Positions 45,302 through 49,482 of a DNA stretch of 49,482 bases are shown here, piece after piece (positions within the stretch are counted from its first letter, which is position 1; each line of letters opens with the position of its first letter). The notes beneath the pieces are model-generated. The model worked only from the letters and a program-made list of their open reading frames with translations. It had not been told where the DNA came from and searched no databases. The translations under genes and the position numbers were made by a program. The stretch comes from Candidatus Methanophagales archaeon (GTDB taxonomy: Archaea > Halobacteriota > Syntropharchaeia > Alkanophagales > Methanospirareceae): assembly GCA_025966525.1 (NCBI GenBank), contig JAPDIG010000004.1, positions 1-49,482 on the forward strand, given 5' to 3'.

Positions 45302-46756
45302 ATGAATAAAGAGAAGTTAACCGCAACAGAAGTGGTAGAGGGGATAAAGAGTGGAAATATCTCATGTGAAGAGTTAGTGTGTGAAATCTACGAGAGAATA
45401 GAAAGAAGCGAATTAAATGCTTTTATCACGTTAAACAAAGAGGACGCGATTGAAAATGCGATAGAAGTGGATAAGAATAGGGATAAAGAGGAATACAAGC
45501 GTAAAAAGCTCCTTGGCGTGCCCATAGCCATTAAAGATAGCATCTCTACTAAGGGTATTCAAACTACATGTGCATCCAGAATTCTCACGGGCTATATCCC
45601 TCCCTACGATGCCGCGGTAATAGAAGCGCTGAAACGAGAAGGGGCGATAATTATTGGGAAGACAAACATGGACGAGTTCTGCATGGGATCCTCTACGGAA
45701 ACAAGTTATTTCGGACCCACGAGAAACCCTTATGACCACAGCAGGGTGCCGGGTGGTTCTTCAGGCGGCAGTGCCGCGGCAATATCCGCAGCCGAGACCG
45801 TTCTCGCTCTTGGTTCTGACACCGGTGGCTCTATCCGATGTCCTGCTTCTTTCTGTGGCGTAGTTGGGTTGAAGCCCACTTACGGGCTTGTATCGAGATA
45901 TGGGCTCATTGCATATGCAAATTCACTTGAACAAATAGGACCGATGGCGTCTAACGTAACAGATACCGCATTGCTCTTAGAAGTGATTTCCGCAAAGGAT
46001 GCGCGGGACAGCACGCAGGCAAAGATAAAGAATAACGCTCCATCGAACTACCTCGCCGCTTCGCTAAACGGCATAGATATAGATAAAGAGGCACGGAACT
46101 TGAAGATAGGAGTTCCAAAGGAGTTTATAGAGGGCGTCTCGCAGGCAGTTGAAAGGTCGGTTTGGAATGCAGTGCACAAATTTGAGGATTCTGGTGCAAC
46201 CATCGCGGAAATAAGCATGCGAGGCTTGAACCTGAAATACGCACTCGCTTCCTATTACATTATTGCGATGTCTGAAGCATCGTCAAATCTTGCGAGGTTT
46301 GACGGGTTGCGATATGGTCTTCGTCCGGTAAAGGATGAGGATTGGCATACAACGTTTTCAAGGATAAGAGGCGAGGGTTTTGGCGAAGAAGTGAAAAGGC
46401 GGATTATTCTTGGCACGTACGCGCTCTCTGCTGGTTATTATGGTAGATATTATTTAAAGGCGCTAAAGGTGCGCACCTTAATAAAAAACGAATTTGTAAA
46501 TGCGTTAAAAAAGCATGATATATTAGTGATGCCAACGATGCCTTTTGTTGCTTTTAAGCTCGGAGAGAGAATAAAAGACCCCCTCTCTTTGTATCTTGCG
46601 GATGTTAATACGGTGCCTGTTAATTTAGCTGGTGTTCCTTCTATATCCATTCCCTGCGGATTTTCAAATGGGCTACCAATAGGCTTACAGCTTGTCGGCA
46701 GGCATTTTGAAGAAGCGGAAATATTGAAAGCCGCTTTTATTCTCGAACAGGTATAA
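45302..46756 (+). CDS. gatA: Asp/Glu-tRNA amidotransferase subunit A
   Basis: GKTNMDEF, PGGSSGGSAA, GSDTGGSIR, SNLARFDG and KRRIILGTY motifs. Confidence 0.96.
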   Translation: MNKEKLTATEVVEGIKSGNISCEELVCEIYERIERSELNAFITLNKEDAIENAIEVDKNRDKEEYKRKKLLGVPIAIKDSISTKGIQTTCASRILTGYIPPYDAAVIEALKREGAIIIGKTNMDEFCMGSSTETSYFGPTRNPYDHSRVPGGSSGGSAAAISAAETVLALGSDTGGSIRCPASFCGVVGLKPTYGLVSRYGLIAYANSLEQIGPMASNVTDTALLLEVISAKDARDSTQAKIKNNAPSNYLAASLNGIDIDKEARNLKIGVPKEFIEGVSQAVERSVWNAVHKFEDSGATIAEISMRGLNLKYALASYYIIAMSEASSNLARFDGLRYGLRPVKDEDWHTTFSRIRGEGFGEEVKRRIILGTYALSAGYYGRYYLKALKVRTLIKNEFVNALKKHDILVMPTMPFVAFKLGERIKDPLSLYLADVNTVPVNLAGVPSISIPCGFSNGLPIGLQLVGRHFEEAEILKAAFILEQV

Positions 46757-46760
46757 TGAA

Positions 46761-48149
46761 ATGAGAGAGGAAGACGGGATAAAAAAGATATGCGAGGAGG
46801 TCATAGAGAGAATAAGACCTGATGAAAGAGAGAAAAATAAAGTACATGCAGTAATTGACTTTATAATCGCAAAGATAAATAAGAAAGCATCAGAGATGGG
46901 TATAGAGGCTCATGCAATCTCCGTAGGGTCAACCGCAAGAAATACATGGGTAAGTGGCGAGGCGGACATAGACATATTCATCATGTTTCCCGCGGGCATC
47001 TCAGAGAAGGACTTAAAAGAAAAAGGTCTTGCTCTCGCGAAAAGCATTTCAGATAGGTATGAGGAAAGATATGCCTCGCATCCGTATATTCACGCTTATT
47101 TTTATGATGCCGAAGGAAGAGAGCACGAGGCGGATTTAGTGCCCTGTTTTGCGGTAAAAGACGCATCGGAATTGAAATCCGCAGTTGACAGGACTCCTTT
47201 TCATAATGAATACATTGTAAGGAGAATACCAGGGCTGGAAGAAGAAGTGCTGCTGTTAAAACAATTTTTAAAATCTGCGGGAATTTATGGCTCTGAGCAA
47301 AGACGAAAGGGTTTCTCTGGTTATCTTTGCGAACTCCTCATCCTTAGATATTCCTCTTTCGTCGAGCTATTGCGAAACGCATCGAATTGGAAATACGGTG
47401 AAAAAATAGATATCGAAGGACGAGGAAAATACAAAGGGGAAGGAAAAGACCCACTTATTGTTATAGACCCTGTTGACCCGAACAGAAATGTAGCGGCAGC
47501 AGTATCGTTGGATTCTTTTTGCAAGTTAATAGATGCGGCGAGGGATTTTCTGGCGTGTCCCGATGCGAGTTTCTTCTTCCCTGCGAGGAAAAAAGAGATG
47601 AGCGAAGCAGAATTTGTAAAACTTGTGAAGGAAAGAGGAACAGAGTTCGTAATGGTGCTGTTTGAAGCGCCAGAGGTGGTGGAAGACATATTATTTCCAC
47701 AATTGAGAAAAGCAGAAGCATCTGTCTCAAATCTGATAGAACGGAATGAATTCAGGATATATCGGAGTGATGTTTCGGTGGAAGGGAGCAAAGCATTTTT
47801 GATATTCGAGTTGCTCGTTTGGAATCTCCCCCCGGTGAAAAAGCATATAGGTCCTCCAGTTACTTCAAAATACCATTCTGAGCAGTTTAAACGGAAATAT
47901 GCTTCGCAATCTTTACTTATTGAAAACGGCAGGTATGTCGTGGAAGTAAAGAGGAAATATACAGATGTAGTGGGATTGCTGAAAAACGAGCTGAGGTCAT
48001 GTAGTTTGGGAAAAGACGTATCAGCATCAATAGATAGGGGGTATGAGGTGTTAAGAACCGAGGAGATAAGTTTTTTTGACGGGCTTGGCTCTTTCTTCAG
48101 GGACTATTTTGATTTTTGCTTTAGCACGGTTCGGTTGGAATGTTCCTAA
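46761..48149 (+). CDS. cca: Archaeal (class I) CCA-adding enzyme
   Basis: GSTARNTW...DIDIF, YASHPY, SAVDRTPFH, GFSGYLCELL and DPVDPNRNVAAA motifs. Confidence 0.96.
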   Translation: MREEDGIKKICEEVIERIRPDEREKNKVHAVIDFIIAKINKKASEMGIEAHAISVGSTARNTWVSGEADIDIFIMFPAGISEKDLKEKGLALAKSISDRYEERYASHPYIHAYFYDAEGREHEADLVPCFAVKDASELKSAVDRTPFHNEYIVRRIPGLEEEVLLLKQFLKSAGIYGSEQRRKGFSGYLCELLILRYSSFVELLRNASNWKYGEKIDIEGRGKYKGEGKDPLIVIDPVDPNRNVAAAVSLDSFCKLIDAARDFLACPDASFFFPARKKEMSEAEFVKLVKERGTEFVMVLFEAPEVVEDILFPQLRKAEASVSNLIERNEFRIYRSDVSVEGSKAFLIFELLVWNLPPVKKHIGPPVTSKYHSEQFKRKYASQSLLIENGRYVVEVKRKYTDVVGLLKNELRSCSLGKDVSASIDRGYEVLRTEEISFFDGLGSFFRDYFDFCFSTVRLECS

Positions 48150-48389
48150 AACTTCAACGGAATCGCCCAAGTATACCTCCTCTTTTATGTCAATCACAAT
48201 CCATAGGTGTAATCACACTCCGGAGATAAAGGTATCCGAAACCAAGCTCTTTGTTTTAAATATCCCTTATCCATGTACCAAACAATAGTGGACAAAAATA
48301 ATACCAATAATTCGAATCGTTTTTCGTATGCATCGAGCATGTTATCTTATTTATATTTGTGATTTTTTCATCGAGCAGTACTCCATGAT

Positions 48390-49427
48390 TTATCCTTCAA
48401 TCAAAACGTCATCGAGTGGACGCCGTGGCATGGCGCGTTTTTGCGGCTCGGCGTAGCCGATACGAAACAAGAGTTGAGGCAAATCCGCAAGCCCCAAAAT
48501 TGCCCGCAGTCTTGTCCTCAGATCCTGCACTTCCACTGGCTGGTTCAGGAAAGCATACTGCAGACCCATTGAAGTAGCGGTCAGGACAAAGCGCTCGAAC
48601 ATTTCTCCGACTTCCAGCAGGCTTTCTTTGGTGTCCTCGCCATGTACAATGACAAGTGCGGCAGCTTCTTTTGCGAATTGATAGTCCTTTTTCGCCTGAG
48701 GTTTCCCCAGGTCGAAAGTTCGCATAAACCAGGGTCCCAGCCACGAGATGATTCCCGGAATTCCAAAACCGTACGCTGCAATGCCATCGCCTCGTCGGGT
48801 CCAATTGGAACGAACCCAGGACGCTAATTCCTGGCGAAATGCGGGATCAGACATCTGAATGTAATCGCCCTCGGAGACCAGTTCAGCAATGCTGGTTTGT
48901 ATCGCTTTGTCTGTAACGATACGAATGGCGGCTTTTTTACCGGCAGTGAGCTTCTGAAGTCTTTTCAGTTCGTCTTCGGCTAAAGACCGCACTTCGTATG
49001 CATTGCGGTTGGTGCGTCGTTGAACGATAGCGTGAAAAAGCTTTTTCAGCTCATGGTCAGTTTGACTACTTTCGGATAACCTGGCAAACGCCAACAATTC
49101 CGGTGTATTCGCTTTCGGCTGATATTGCACGGTACAGGCATAGCCAAAATACGCTGCGGCGACCCGTAGATTCATAATCGCTGCACCGATGCTGATGACC
49201 AGTTCGCGGTTGTCGGGGTCCACAACATGAAGACGTCTGGTGTAATCAGCGTAAATGAACACACCGTCAGGCTGAAGCTTAAATTTCCAGGGTTGGGTAT
49301 TGTGTCCCGAAGGGGCGAGGATCGCATACCTGAGCAAGAATTTGAACTTCTCCTCTAAGGCACCATCCTTTGGGAAATCCTGTTCTGCCACCTGCCAGGG
49401 TGTAAACATGGGATTAAATTTCAACAT
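48390..49427 (-). CDS. Acg-family FMN-binding nitroreductase-like protein
   Basis: AILAPSGHNTQPW, DPDNREL.IS.GAA..N, RRTNR, NQPVEV, PQLLFRIGY and PRRPL motifs. Confidence 0.9.
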   Translation of the reverse strand: MLKFNPMFTPWQVAEQDFPKDGALEEKFKFLLRYAILAPSGHNTQPWKFKLQPDGVFIYADYTRRLHVVDPDNRELVISIGAAIMNLRVAAAYFGYACTVQYQPKANTPELLAFARLSESSQTDHELKKLFHAIVQRRTNRNAYEVRSLAEDELKRLQKLTAGKKAAIRIVTDKAIQTSIAELVSEGDYIQMSDPAFRQELASWVRSNWTRRGDGIAAYGFGIPGIISWLGPWFMRTFDLGKPQAKKDYQFAKEAAALVIVHGEDTKESLLEVGEMFERFVLTATSMGLQYAFLNQPVEVQDLRTRLRAILGLADLPQLLFRIGYAEPQKRAMPRRPLDDVLIEG

Positions 49428-49482
49428 CTCTTCAACCGCATAGAACTTTTTGCTCGCTCCATATTATCTGCCGGCATTTTTA

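Overview
Core chromosomal region of an anaerobic methanogen-type euryarchaeon. The gene set (ACDS cdhC/D/E, methanofuran mfnB, tetraether synthase, partial beta-oxidation cluster) fits ANME-1/Methanophagales or a relative; this taxonomy is inference only. The window holds about 48 protein genes for C1 metabolism, acyl-CoA metabolism, tungstate uptake, replication/repair and translation, plus a stand-alone 5S rRNA, tRNA-Gly(CCC) and tRNA-Pro(UGG). Most notable, and not evident from the ORF track: (1) a two-hairpin box H/ACA guide RNA at 41470-41628(-) whose pockets match two peptidyl-transferase-centre uridines of 23S rRNA; (2) a Get3/ArsA ATPase with a probable alpha-crystallin tail, coupled to a small partner ending in an IXI/V-type motif; (3) rpoL, whose last codons and stop lie inside tRNA-Gly; (4) several genes collapsed by internal deletions (Mop/TOBE, second ABC ATPase, Uma2, crotonase tail, P-loop ATPase); (5) bacterial-type RuvC and ExoVII. 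No CRISPR array, transposase or integrase was seen. All family assignments come from motif recognition by eye; no database searches were run.
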